The notes beneath the pieces are model-generated. The model did no database searches. It was not told the DNA's origin and saw nothing but the letters and a program-made list of their open reading frames with translations. Shown here piece after piece: positions 28,614 to 38,092 of a stretch of 64,000 bases of DNA (position 1 is the first letter of the stretch; every line of letters begins with the position of its first letter). A program made the position numbers and the translations under genes. The stretch comes from Gemmatimonadales bacterium (GTDB lineage: Bacteria; Gemmatimonadota; Gemmatimonadetes; Gemmatimonadales; GWC2-71-9), in contig JBFJCP010000004.1 in NCBI GenBank assembly GCA_041615815.1, positions 32,001-96,000 on the forward strand, written 5' to 3'.

Positions 28614-29347
28614 GAATCGTTCTGCGTCCGGGATCGTCCTGCGCTTTGCCCAATGTCCGTATGATTTCCGGGTCGTAGCGTCGGAACTCGGTTCCGTAAT
28701 CGTTTGGCGCATCCGATCTCTCGGGTTAGGGTCGGTGATCTCGGTCGGTCTCGATTGGCGAAGGTTACCTTCAAATCAGAGGAGACGGTACGCCGACACG
28801 GACGTCGTATGCTGTGAGGATTGTCACGCTGCCGATTTGATTCGCCGCCGCTTCGCTCCGCGCCCGAGCTCAGCGTGTCGTCCAGCGGACCGATTCTTTC
28901 TCGCGATGGGTGCCGCATGGTGCCTCCTGTTGGAGCATTGAACCGGCGCCAACGGAAACCCGTACGAGCATGAACTCCTTCGATTCCGCGAAGCGGAAGT
29001 CGGTTCCGCGTGGGTTTATGAAACCGGTGGTCTGATCACGATGAAGGAAGCGCGAGCACGGGGCGTTCGTGGTTTTGAAGGCGTCCACTGCCGTCGTAAC
29101 GGTCGTGACGAACCCGTTCGCATGCGCTTCCCACCGCAGAATCGGAGCGTGCGTCGGTTCATCGGAACAGTCGTTGGGGCGGTGGCGCCAGTTGGTACGT
29201 CGGCTTCGACGGGAGATATGTGAAGCAACAGCGAGGGTAGAGGCACGAAGTGGGGGAGCACGACGCGCAGTGGCCACCCCCGAGTTCCCGGTGGCGGACT
29301 GGGCATCATGTCCCGATCGATCCTCCTCACCGCTCCCCCCGGATCGC

Positions 29348-29485
29348 TCACTCTTCCCTGCTGTCGCGGTAGAGCGTCGGTGCCAGCGCCGGTCGTCCGG
29401 CCAGGCGGGCCGCGGTGGCTGGGGTCACCTCCAACGGGGGCACGCACCGGCACCGGCACGGCTGGGGTCGAGTTTCGTGGTTCAC
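29348..29485 (-). CDS. Putative 45-aa CxCxC micro-protein
   Basis: GGAGG RBS, GTG start overlapping previous stop; MNHETRPQPCRCRCVPPLEV... Confidence 0.35.
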   Translation of the reverse strand: MNHETRPQPCRCRCVPPLEVTPATAARLAGRPALAPTLYRDSREE

Positions 29486-29619
29486 GCGGACCTCCCGTGG
29501 GTGGCTGGACCGTCGCCCACTCCGCTGCAAGGACATGGGACTGGAGTACGGCTGGGGCAGCAGTCAACCGTCGGTCTCCATACGATGGCCCGGATGAGAA
29601 TGATAAACTTCGAATACAT
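29482..29619 (-). CDS. Putative 45-aa Cys-rich micro-protein
   Basis: MYSKFIILIRAIVWRPTVDCCPSRTPVPCPCSG...; ATG lies at the operator edge in the same register as the marR ATG. Confidence 0.35.
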   Translation of the reverse strand: MYSKFIILIRAIVWRPTVDCCPSRTPVPCPCSGVGDGPATHGRSA

Positions 29620-29642
29620 GTGATTGTTATATACAACTATAT
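29618..29642 (-). promoter_or_regulatory. Second copy of putative MarR operator containing TATAGT -10
   Basis: ATGTGATTG-N7-CAACTATAT; one arm identical and the other 6/9 to the 30190 site. Confidence 0.65.
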
Positions 29643-29666
29643 TGTCCGAACAAAGACGCCCGTCCC

Positions 29667-30191
29667 TCATACGGAATCCACCGTGCAGCAGGCTCCCCCG
29701 CTCGTATCCACGCGGGCAGCGGCTGCCCGAGCCATGCGGCTGATGAGCGCCGTCATCGCAGCTCGGATCTCGGGGTCGAAATCGCTCAGCAGGCGCTTGC
29801 AGTCGGCCAACAGATCCTGCTGGATCTCGGCGCAGAACCGCCGGCCGGTCTCCGTGGCGTGGAGGAGGACGGCGCGCCCGTCCCGGGGATGCGACGTCTT
29901 GGCGACATACCCCTTCTTGACCAACCCAGCCACCACGCGGCTGGCGGTGCTCTTCTCGATGTAGAGGGCGGCGGACAGCGCGTTCAGGGTGAGTGGGCCT
30001 CGCTCGAGAACCGCTTCGAGGGCATGACATTGGGTGGCGGAAATCTCCCGGTCGCAAAGACAGTCGCGATTCCGGAACTGCAGCACCCGGACGAGCTCCG
30101 TCAGCGCATCTCGTAGGGTTTCGCCCTCGCGATCTAGGCTCGCGTCTGCGGGCCGGGTTATTGCGTCCGCGCTCACCATGACTGGGTCCAT
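29667..30191 (-). CDS. Cys-rich MarR family regulator (possible metalloid sensor)
   Basis: wHTH LTLNALSAALYIEKSTASRVVAGLVKKGYV, DGRAVLL; DCLC, QCH, C-terminal ACC; alternative start 30179. Confidence 0.88.
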   Translation of the reverse strand: MDPVMVSADAITRPADASLDREGETLRDALTELVRVLQFRNRDCLCDREISATQCHALEAVLERGPLTLNALSAALYIEKSTASRVVAGLVKKGYVAKTSHPRDGRAVLLHATETGRRFCAEIQQDLLADCKRLLSDFDPEIRAAMTALISRMARAAAARVDTSGGACCTVDSV

Positions 30192-30236
30192 ATAGTTGGT
30201 AACAACAACTATATTTGGGTCGCTGGGGCGCGTCAA
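30190..30236 (-). promoter_or_regulatory. marR promoter with overlapping perfect palindromic operator
   Basis: TTGACG-N17-TATAGT; ATATAGTTG-N7-CAACTATAT at 30190-30214. Confidence 0.8.
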
Positions 30237-30415
30237 GGGGCCAAGGGATCCGGATGGAGGTCCCGAAACGCCGCAGCCGGCCCGGGAGGGTCGTGGGTGG
30301 GTAGCGGCGTGGAAGTTGCTACTCTCGGTCTGTGAAGGGGTATTAATCCCTACAGGTGTGGACTCTTGGGCGCGGTTTGGCTAGGATTGGCGCCTGACAA
30401 CAGAGCTTTCGGACC

Positions 30416-31822
30416 ATGTCCAGATCCGCTACGACTTCGCAAGACGCGGCCGCCCGTCCCTCGGCCGGCGCCGCGCCCTTCGCCCACGGCGGCGAGGACC
30501 TCAATCCCTATCACATTGCCCAGCAGCAATTCGATCGAGCCGCCCGGTACATTCCTGGGCTCGAGAATGGGCTCGCCGACTTCTTGAAGCGGCCCTCCCG
30601 AACGGTCACGGTCGAGTTCCCCATCGAGACGTCGGACGGGGCAGTCCGCATGTTCATCGGGTATCGGGTGCTGCACAGCTCGATCCGGGGTCCGGGCAAG
30701 GGCGGGATTCGGTACCATCCGGACGTCACCGACGACGAGGTGCGGGCGTTGGCGTCCTGGATGACTTGGAAGTGCGCCGTCGTGGACGTGCCCTTCGGTG
30801 GTGCGAAAGGTGGCGTCGTGTGCAATCCGAAGGAGCTCACCGATGCCGACATTCGGAAGATCACGCGTCGGTTCATCGCGGCGCTCGGGGACACGATTGG
30901 GCCGCATACCGATATCCCGGCACCGGACGTCAACACCGATTCCGGCACGATGGCCCGGATTTACGATACGTATCAGATGATGCATCCGGGCGACAACAGC
31001 TTGCCGGTGGTGACCGGGAAGCCTGTCGATCTCGGCGGTTCGTTGGGCCGTCGGGAAGCTACCGCCCGGGGATCCCTCTTTGCGACGCAGCGTGCGTTGG
31101 CGCGCGGCGTGGTTCCTGGGCTCGAGTCGGTGGAAGGTGCGACCATAGCGATCCAGGGGTATGGCAATGCCGGCTCGATTGCCGCCGAGCTGTTCACGGA
31201 AGCTGGGGGCAAGGTGATTGCCGTGAGCGATTCCCGAGGTGGCATCCTCTCAGAGGAGGGTCTGGATCCGCGAGCGGTGTTCGAGCACAAGAAACGAACG
31301 GGCTCAGTGGTAGGATTCCCGGGGACTACGTCGGTCAGCAACGATGAGATCATTGCCGTTCCTTGCGATATTCTGATTCCCGCCGCGCTGGAGAATCAGA
31401 TTCGTGGTGACAACGCAGCAACTGTGCGGGCTCGTCTCGTGGTCGAGGCCGCCAATGGGCCGACGACGCCCGCGGGCGATGAGGTGCTCTTCGGTCGCGG
31501 CATTCCGGTGCTCCCGGACATCCTGGCGAACGCCGGAGGTGTGACCGTGAGCTACTTCGAGTGGGTCCAGAACATCAACAACGAGCAGTGGGACGAAGAC
31601 GAGGTCAACGAGAAGCTCCGGCGGAAAATGGAACGGGCCACCGATGCCGTCATCGACACGCAGCAGCAGATAAAGGATTCGCTCGAGTCGCTCGAAGCAG
31701 ACCGTGTGCGGCGTGGGGTGAATGGTAGCCCCTTGGCACCGGTGGATCTGCGAACGGCCGCGTTCATTCTTGCCGTGGGGCGGGTCTCACGGGTGACGAT
31801 CGAACGAGGCATCTGGCCCTAA
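30416..31822 (+). CDS. gdhA: Glu/Leu/Phe/Val dehydrogenase (glutamate dehydrogenase)
   Basis: GPGKGGIRY, FGGAKGG, DIPAPDVNT, QGYGNAG, ANAGGVTVSYFEW. Confidence 0.92.
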   Translation: MSRSATTSQDAAARPSAGAAPFAHGGEDLNPYHIAQQQFDRAARYIPGLENGLADFLKRPSRTVTVEFPIETSDGAVRMFIGYRVLHSSIRGPGKGGIRYHPDVTDDEVRALASWMTWKCAVVDVPFGGAKGGVVCNPKELTDADIRKITRRFIAALGDTIGPHTDIPAPDVNTDSGTMARIYDTYQMMHPGDNSLPVVTGKPVDLGGSLGRREATARGSLFATQRALARGVVPGLESVEGATIAIQGYGNAGSIAAELFTEAGGKVIAVSDSRGGILSEEGLDPRAVFEHKKRTGSVVGFPGTTSVSNDEIIAVPCDILIPAALENQIRGDNAATVRARLVVEAANGPTTPAGDEVLFGRGIPVLPDILANAGGVTVSYFEWVQNINNEQWDEDEVNEKLRRKMERATDAVIDTQQQIKDSLESLEADRVRRGVNGSPLAPVDLRTAAFILAVGRVSRVTIERGIWP

Positions 31823-31828
31823 TCCCGA

Positions 31829-31990
31829 GGGAAGGCGAGAAAGTCCGGCGGTCGGAGGGTTCGAAGTCGTTCAGCGAGGGCGTGACCCTGGGGGGGCCAC
31901 GCCCTCGCCGCATGATTGGGGGTTCGAGACCCGACGTGCCGTGGCGCCCCCCGTCCCACCGTCGAACCTTCCAGCCTTCCAACCTTCCCT
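31829..31990. repeat. Octamer repeat arrays in inverted orientation between convergent genes
   Basis: GGCGAGAA AGTCCGGC GGTCGGAG GGTTCGAA ... CCGTCCCA CCGTCGAA CCTTCCAG CCTTCCAA CCTTCCCT. Confidence 0.6.
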
Positions 31991-33019
31991 CTACTCCCCG
32001 TAATACCGATTCATTTCGCCGTACATGCGGGCCGCGCGTTCTCTGGCATCTGCGTCCCCAAAGATCTTCTCACCGTCGAAGCGCCCGTTCTCGATGAAGA
32101 CGTTCGAGATGTTTCTCCCTTTGGTGATGCTCCCCGCCATGTAGACGCCGGGGACGTTCGTTTCGAGGGTCTCTGGTTTCAACGACGGCAGCCCGTCTTC
32201 GTCGAGCTCGATCCCCACGCGCTCGAACAGCGCAAAGTCCGGGCGAAACCCTGTGAGTGCATAAACCCGGGCTGCCGGTATCCGTTCTTCCCCGCCATCC
32301 GGAACGCTGACTCGTACGTGATTCGGCTCGATCGCGAGCACCTGCGCGCCGAATCGGGCGTCAATTTCCCCGGCTTTGATCCGGTTCTCGATGTCGGGTT
32401 TGATCCAGTACTTGACGGAGCGGGAAAAGGCCGCGCCCCGGTAGACGAGGGTGACTCTGGCTCCGGCGCGAAACAGCTCGAGGGAAGCTTCCACCGCGGA
32501 GTTCTTTCCGCCGATCACCACAACATCGAGTCCATAATCGGCATGCGCCTCGCGAAAATAGTGACTAACGTGGGGCAGGTCCTCTCCCGACACGTCGAGG
32601 CGATTGGGGTGATCGAAGTATCCCGTGGCCAACACGAGGCGGGCACAATGAATGGATCTCGTGCGCTCGCGTGATGCCACCTGGCAGACGATGCCATGGT
32701 CGTGGCCGGCGGCTTCGAGCAAGCGAGTATGCGTCTCGACGCGAAGCCCCTCCGTGCGGACGACTCCCCGATAGTACTTCAACGCCTCTTCTCTTGTCGG
32801 CTTCGCCCCGGTGCAGACCACCGGGTGCCCGCCCACCTCGAGGCGTTCCGGTGTCGTAAAGAACACCATCCCGATGGGGTAGTGGAGAATCGAATTGCAG
32901 ATCGCTCCGGCGTCGATCACCAGGGGGTCGAGGCCACGGCGGGTGGCCGAGATGGCACAGGCAATCCCGATGGGGCCAGCGCCAGCGATGACGACCGATT
33001 CAGACCGTGGGTTGGGCAT
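31991..33019 (-). CDS. ypdA: YpdA family putative bacillithiol disulfide reductase
   Basis: GAGPIG, FFTTPERLE, KPTREEALKYY, GGKNSA, VKYWIKPDIENRI, FIENGRF. Confidence 0.93.
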   Translation of the reverse strand: MPNPRSESVVIAGAGPIGIACAISATRRGLDPLVIDAGAICNSILHYPIGMVFFTTPERLEVGGHPVVCTGAKPTREEALKYYRGVVRTEGLRVETHTRLLEAAGHDHGIVCQVASRERTRSIHCARLVLATGYFDHPNRLDVSGEDLPHVSHYFREAHADYGLDVVVIGGKNSAVEASLELFRAGARVTLVYRGAAFSRSVKYWIKPDIENRIKAGEIDARFGAQVLAIEPNHVRVSVPDGGEERIPAARVYALTGFRPDFALFERVGIELDEDGLPSLKPETLETNVPGVYMAGSITKGRNISNVFIENGRFDGEKIFGDADARERAARMYGEMNRYYGE

Positions 33020-33112
33020 GGGGGGGAATCTAATTCGGAGGATGGGCGCATCGGCGGGTGGAGAGGCTCGCACCCGGCGATCGTCTCGATTTGTGATGGG
33101 TGGTGGACTTGG

Positions 33113-33138
33113 GGGGGCGGGTCCGCCGACCCGCCCCC
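33113..33138 (-). terminator. GC hairpin downstream of aceA
   Basis: GGGGGCGGGTC-CGCC-GACCCGCCCCC; no U-tract. Confidence 0.5.
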
Positions 33139-33161
33139 GGGTGAGTGGCTGGGTGGGGCGA

Positions 33162-34469
33162 TCAGCTCGCCTGGCGCACTTGTTTCTGGTCTTCGGCGCC
33201 GAACTGTTCTTCTTCGGTGGATCCCGTCATCGCCAGCGTGGATGACGTGCCACCGGTAATGACCTGGGTGATATCGTCGAAGTATTTGGCGCCAACGAAC
33301 TGCTGGTGCCGCACGGCCTCGTACCCCTGTCCCTCCGACGCGAACTCGCTTTCCTGCAGGTCCGCGTAGGCGGCCATGCCACGCTTGCGGTAGTCCATGG
33401 CTAGCGTGAACATCGCATAGTTCATGGAATGAAATGCGGATAGCGTGACGAACTGGAATTTGTAGCCCATCGCGCCGAGCATGCGCTGGAAGCCCGCGAT
33501 CTCGGTGTCGCTGAGATGCATCTTCCAATTGAAAGAGGGCGAGCAGTTGTACGCTAGCAGCTTGCCTGGGTATCGCGCGTGCATGGCATCGGCAAACTGG
33601 CGTGCCTCGTCGATGTTCGGCGTTGAGGTCTCGAACCACAAGAGATCGGCGTAGGGCGCATAGGCGAGTCCACGGGCAATGGCGGCCTCGATGCCGCTGC
33701 GGACGCGGAGAAACCCTTCCGCCGTGCGCTCGCCGGTGACGAACGGCGCATCATACGGATCGATGTCGTTTGCCAGGAGGCCTGCACTGAGGGCGTCGGT
33801 GCGAGCGATCAGGATCGTGTCGATGCCGCACACATCGGCGGCTAGCCGCGCAGCCACCAGCTTCTTGATGAACTCACGCGTGGGCACCAGGACTTTCCCG
33901 CCCAGGTGGCCGCATTTCTTCAGCGAGGCGAGCTGGTCCTCGAAGTGGACGCCGGCGGCTCCCTGTTGGATCATGTGCTTCATGAGCTCGAACGCGTTCA
34001 GAACCCCGCCGAATCCGGCCTCGGCATCCGCGACAATGGGCACCATCCAGTCAATACTGTTCTGGCCCGACATGTGATGGATCTGGTCGGCGCGGAGCAG
34101 GGCGTTGTTGAGCCGCCCCACGAGATTGGGGACACTGTCCGCGGGGTACAGACTCTGGTCCGGATAGACTTCGCCGGCATCGTTCATGTCACCGGCCACC
34201 TGCCAGCCGCTGAGATAGATCGCCTTGAGCCCAGCCTTCACCTGCTGCATCGCTTGCCCGCCGGTCATGGCACTGAGGGCTGGCACGTACGGATCCGCGT
34301 GCAGCAGGTCCCAGAGTCGGGCCGCGCCGCGGCGGGCCAGAGAATGCTCCACGTGGATGGTGCCAGCGAGGCGACGCACATCGTCTGCGCTGTAAGGACG
34401 CGTGATCCCGTTCCAGCGAGGGTCCTGACTCCAGCGGTGCTCGAGTTGGTTGAAGACAGCGTGATTCAT
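33162..34469 (-). CDS. aceA: Isocitrate lyase
   Basis: [35 protein letters not shown]. Confidence 0.97.
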   Translation of the reverse strand: MNHAVFNQLEHRWSQDPRWNGITRPYSADDVRRLAGTIHVEHSLARRGAARLWDLLHADPYVPALSAMTGGQAMQQVKAGLKAIYLSGWQVAGDMNDAGEVYPDQSLYPADSVPNLVGRLNNALLRADQIHHMSGQNSIDWMVPIVADAEAGFGGVLNAFELMKHMIQQGAAGVHFEDQLASLKKCGHLGGKVLVPTREFIKKLVAARLAADVCGIDTILIARTDALSAGLLANDIDPYDAPFVTGERTAEGFLRVRSGIEAAIARGLAYAPYADLLWFETSTPNIDEARQFADAMHARYPGKLLAYNCSPSFNWKMHLSDTEIAGFQRMLGAMGYKFQFVTLSAFHSMNYAMFTLAMDYRKRGMAAYADLQESEFASEGQGYEAVRHQQFVGAKYFDDITQVITGGTSSTLAMTGSTEEEQFGAEDQKQVRQAS

Positions 34470-34483
34470 CGAAATCTCATTGG

Positions 34484-36130
34484 TTAGTCGATATGCTCGT
34501 ACGCGGCCACGGTGAGCCACTCGGTGAACTCGTCGTTGGTCATCATCCGCTCGAAGAGGCCTGCGGCGAGCTTCAGCTTCCCGCGGTCTCGCCCGTTCTC
34601 GCAGAGCGTCTGCATCACTTGCCCGATGATCTGCTTGATCAATGTGGGAGTGACGGTCTGTCCATCAGTGAGCTCGGCGCCGTGCTTCACCCACTGCCAC
34701 ACCTGCGACCGAGAGATCTCCGCGGTCGCGGCGTCCTCCATCAGGTGGTAAATCGGAACGCAACCGGTTCCGCTGAGCCAGGCGGCGAGATACTGAACCC
34801 CCACATCGATGTTGTGGCGGAGCCCTTCCTCGGTCACGGCCCCGCTCGGGACACGGAGGAGATCACCCGACGTGGCAAACACGTCTTTCCGTTTCCGGTC
34901 GAGTTGGTTGGGCGTGGGCATGTAGAGGTCGAACACTTCCTTGGCCACCGCAACGAGACCTGGATGCGCCACCCACGTCCCGTCATGTCCCGCGGTCACC
35001 TCGCGCAACTTGTCCTGCCGCACTTTCTCGATCCCACGCCGGTTGGCAACGGGATCGTTCTTGACGGGAATCTGTGCCGCCATCCCCCCCATCGCGTGGA
35101 TACCCCGGCGGTGGCAAGTCCGGATCAACAATTCGACGTACGCGTTGAGGAAGTGCCGGTCCATCGTGACCTGTCCACGGTCGGGGAGCATGAACTTGGA
35201 ACGAGCACGGAATTTCTTGATGAAGCTGAAGATGTAGTCCCACCGTCCACAGTTCAGGCCTGCCGAATGATCCCGCAGCTCCCAGAGGATCTCATCCATC
35301 TCGAACGCTGCCAAGATGTTCTCGATGAGCACGGTGGCTCGGATCGTTCCCCGCCGGAGACCGAGGTGATCTTGGGCGGCATTGAAGACGTCGTTCCACA
35401 GCCGGGCTTCGAGATGCGATTCGAGTTTGGGGAGGTAGAAGTACGGACCGCCTCCACGCTCGGTCAGCGCCACGGCGTTGTGGAAAAAGAAAAGGCCGAA
35501 GTCGAATAGCGACCCCGAAACCGGCGATCCGTCCACGAGGAGGTGCCGTTCATGGAGATGCCAGCCCCGGGGTCGCACGAACAAGGTGGCGAGTTGGTCC
35601 CCAAGCTGATAATGCTTGCCGCTCGGATTGGTGTAGGTGATGGTGCCGCGGACGGCGTCTCGGAGATTGCGCTGTCCATCCACGTTGTTGGCCCAGGTAG
35701 GACTGTTGGAGTCCTCGAAATCGGCCATGTAGACATTCGCCCCCGAGTTGAGGGCGTTGATGACCATCTTACGATCCACCGGGCCCGTGATCTCGACCCG
35801 GCGATCTTCCAGATCGTGGGGGATGGGCGCGACGGTCCACTCACTCTCCCGGATCTCTCTCGTTTCGTTCAGAAAATCCGGCATGACGCCGGCGTCCAAT
35901 TGCTCCTGGACCTCCGCCCGCCGTGCGAGGATTTGCTGGCGCCGGGACTCGAAGGTGCGATGAAGTTCAGCGATGAAGGCCAGAGCCCCTGGGGTAAGGA
36001 TGTCCGCCCACTCGTCGGCCACCGGAGCCGTAACCGTGACTCCCAGGGGCTTGATCTGCGCCGGGTCGAACCGGCCGATGCCGGGTGTCCGTGCCGAGTG
36101 CGTGTCCCTCACGCTGGGGTCAGCGCGCAT
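34484..36130 (-). CDS. aceB: Malate synthase A
   Basis: [46 protein letters not shown]. Confidence 0.97.
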   Translation of the reverse strand: MRADPSVRDTHSARTPGIGRFDPAQIKPLGVTVTAPVADEWADILTPGALAFIAELHRTFESRRQQILARRAEVQEQLDAGVMPDFLNETREIRESEWTVAPIPHDLEDRRVEITGPVDRKMVINALNSGANVYMADFEDSNSPTWANNVDGQRNLRDAVRGTITYTNPSGKHYQLGDQLATLFVRPRGWHLHERHLLVDGSPVSGSLFDFGLFFFHNAVALTERGGGPYFYLPKLESHLEARLWNDVFNAAQDHLGLRRGTIRATVLIENILAAFEMDEILWELRDHSAGLNCGRWDYIFSFIKKFRARSKFMLPDRGQVTMDRHFLNAYVELLIRTCHRRGIHAMGGMAAQIPVKNDPVANRRGIEKVRQDKLREVTAGHDGTWVAHPGLVAVAKEVFDLYMPTPNQLDRKRKDVFATSGDLLRVPSGAVTEEGLRHNIDVGVQYLAAWLSGTGCVPIYHLMEDAATAEISRSQVWQWVKHGAELTDGQTVTPTLIKQIIGQVMQTLCENGRDRGKLKLAAGLFERMMTNDEFTEWLTVAAYEHID

Positions 36131-36288
36131 GACCATCTCCTGAATCGGGTTCGCTGCTCCCGCTCCCGCACCCAAAGGGGGGGTGGCTTTGCAGGTTCCC
36201 CAGGGCAAATGGCATGCCTGCAACAGGGCCGTGAAAAAGGACCTGAGTAAGGGGGCAAGCGTTGCATGCTCGCAACGGTTTCAGAGCA

Positions 36289-36490
36289 AGAGCGGCACGG
36301 GGATTCGGGGGGAAAGGTGCGACAGGGGGAGCTGCAGATCGGCCGGGAGGGGCGGGAGGGGCTGGGGAAGCGGGATTGGCAATGAACGCAGAAGCGGTAG
36401 TGGCACGAGCGCATGCTCTGCCTCCTCAGCCTCTTTTGCCCATGCTGCCTCCTCTACCCCTCCTGTCCTCTCTGCTTCCGGTCCTTCTCG
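36289..36490. repeat. Degenerate ~9-mer purine-rich and pyrimidine-rich arrays in inverted arrangement
   Basis: G-rich arm (GGGGCGGGA GGGGCTGGG GAAGCGGGA) followed by C/T-rich arm (CTCTGCCTC CTCAGCCTC TTTTGCCCA TGCTGCCTC CTCTACCCC). Confidence 0.5.
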
Positions 36491-36492
36491 TC

Positions 36493-36966
36493 CTACACCA
36501 CGTTCTGCACCGCGAAGCGAAGCACCTTGGGCTTCACGAGGCGCTCGAAGTCCCGATACGCCAGTCGGATGAGTTCGGTGTGGGAACCGGCATTGAAGGC
36601 GATTTCCTCATCCTCCGCCAGGCTCGCCGCGACATAGACATTCAGGTCATAGAGGTTCCCGAAGGGCGGCATGGCGCCCAGCTCGCAGTCGGGGAACAGG
36701 TCCTTGAACTCCGTCTCGGTGGCGAGTTGAACCTTGACGTTGCCCAACACGCCTTTCAGCTGGTCGAAGTCGACGTGGAAGGAAGCCGGCAGTACGGCCA
36801 TCGACATTTTGCCGTCGACTTTGATCATCACCGTCTTTGCCAACTCCCGTCCGGATACATGGGCCGACGCGGCGATCTCTTGAGCCGTATACGCCGGAGA
36901 GTGCCGCATCGTCACGTACTTGATGTGGTTCTCGTCGAGGAACTGCTTGAGCTTGGCGAGGGGCAT
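36493..36966 (-). CDS. YbaK/EbsC aminoacyl-tRNA deacylase family
   Basis: YTAQEIAA, LAKTVMIK, FPDCELGAMPPFG, FNAGSHTE; AAGGAGG RBS. Confidence 0.92.
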   Translation of the reverse strand: MPLAKLKQFLDENHIKYVTMRHSPAYTAQEIAASAHVSGRELAKTVMIKVDGKMSMAVLPASFHVDFDQLKGVLGNVKVQLATETEFKDLFPDCELGAMPPFGNLYDLNVYVAASLAEDEEIAFNAGSHTELIRLAYRDFERLVKPKVLRFAVQNVV

Positions 36967-37068
36967 CGTGACCTCCTTCATCCCGAGGGTTCCGTCGACT
37001 CCCGCGACGGCCGGGCGGTTCTTCTAGCGTACGCTGGCCGGACGCGCACGGCCAGGGGGGCATTTCGA

Positions 37069-37102
37069 AGGCTAGCAGGTAGGTCGTGAAGCCCTCGTGA
37101 AG
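37069..37102 (-). promoter_or_regulatory. Pho-box-like direct repeat plus -10 upstream of YbaK gene
   Basis: TTCAC-N6-TTCAC-N11-TAGCCT. Confidence 0.45.
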
Positions 37103-37213
37103 GCCGCGCGAGGTGTGGCCGACACGCGTGATGCGGTCAGCGAAACCGGAGGCGTCCCCGGAGAGCCCTGAAGACGAGCATCCCGGCGAGTACGGTGCGC
37201 GGCGCACGATGAT

Positions 37214-38092
37214 TCATGGGGCTCGGTGGTCGATGCCAGCTCGCTCGCAAGGAGGGCTCGTCTGAGCATTCGCGAGATAATCGGCCGTGTTCCGAGCACG
37301 GCGGGCCCAAAAGTCCGCCACTGGTCCCAGCCAGCCATTCAGACGGCGATGCGCTTCTGCCGCCTCCCGCGCATACTCGGCTAACCAACGGACGAGTCGT
37401 CCCGGATCCTGCGAGGCCATTGCGTGGAGTGCGTATCGACGCTCGCCCGCCCGCAGCCCCACGCCGAGGTCGCGCGCTGCGCGGCCGACGTCAGAGCGGG
37501 TCAGGATGAGACCGCTTCGTACCGGAGTCAGCATGGTCACCAGGACGTCAGGACGGGCACCCGCGGCGTCCCAGGCCGGGGGCGCACTTCGGAGGTGAAG
37601 CGGCAACGACCCGGAGTATGGCATGTCCCAGGCCTCCCGTTCGAGCACTTCTCGCACGAGCCCGCCCCAGGCAACGTAGGCTGGCGGGCCAGTCTGCTGG
37701 AGTTTGTCGAGGAAGATGGGAACCCAGCTCAGAAGGTGCTCCCACAGCAGGGCGGCGCGGGGCCGGCGGAAGACGGCTGCGCGCTCGGGCGGTGCCTTGC
37801 GCTCGAGGTCGGCGAGGTGGGCGTAGAGGCTCAGGAGGACGGCCAAGTGGTCGGGTTCCGCTGGCGGTGGCTCACCCAGGGCGCGCCAGAATCCGGCGAT
37901 GCGGTCTCGGGCCTCCCCTCCCAGCATGCCTTCGTCGCCGAGGTATACGGACGCGAACGGATAGAGCTCGAACAGAAACAGCCGCGTGTACTCCTCGCTC
38001 GAGGGAACGGGAAGCTCGAGAAGCGCGGCGAGCCGCGCGGTCTCGGGGTGTGGTGGTTCGGCGAGCGCGCCGAGGGCGCGAAGGAGCTCCAT
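37214..38092 (-). CDS. TorD/DmsD family molybdoenzyme chaperone
   Basis: EEYTRLF..PFASVYL, EPDHLAVLL, EHLLSWVP; TAATG overlap with upstream gene. Confidence 0.88.
   Translation of the reverse strand: MELLRALGALAEPPHPETARLAALLELPVPSSEEYTRLFLFELYPFASVYLGDEGMLGGEARDRIAGFWRALGEPPPAEPDHLAVLLSLYAHLADLERKAPPERAAVFRRPRAALLWEHLLSWVPIFLDKLQQTGPPAYVAWGGLVREVLEREAWDMPYSGSLPLHLRSAPPAWDAAGARPDVLVTMLTPVRSGLILTRSDVGRAARDLGVGLRAGERRYALHAMASQDPGRLVRWLAEYAREAAEAHRRLNGWLGPVADFWARRARNTADYLANAQTSPPCERAGIDHRAP

Noticed and set aside
29348..29581. Possible selenocysteine read-through (ATG GAG ACC GAC GGT TGA CTG...)
   Set aside because: No recognisable selenoprotein context or SECIS; a better-supported GTG start with RBS exists at 29485.
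30192..30236. ORF-track TTG start for marR
   Set aside because: The TTG is part of the -35 hexamer; the region is promoter/operator.
37103..37213. Possible riboswitch upstream of the YbaK gene
   Set aside because: No match to conserved motifs I can recognise; would need an Rfam scan.
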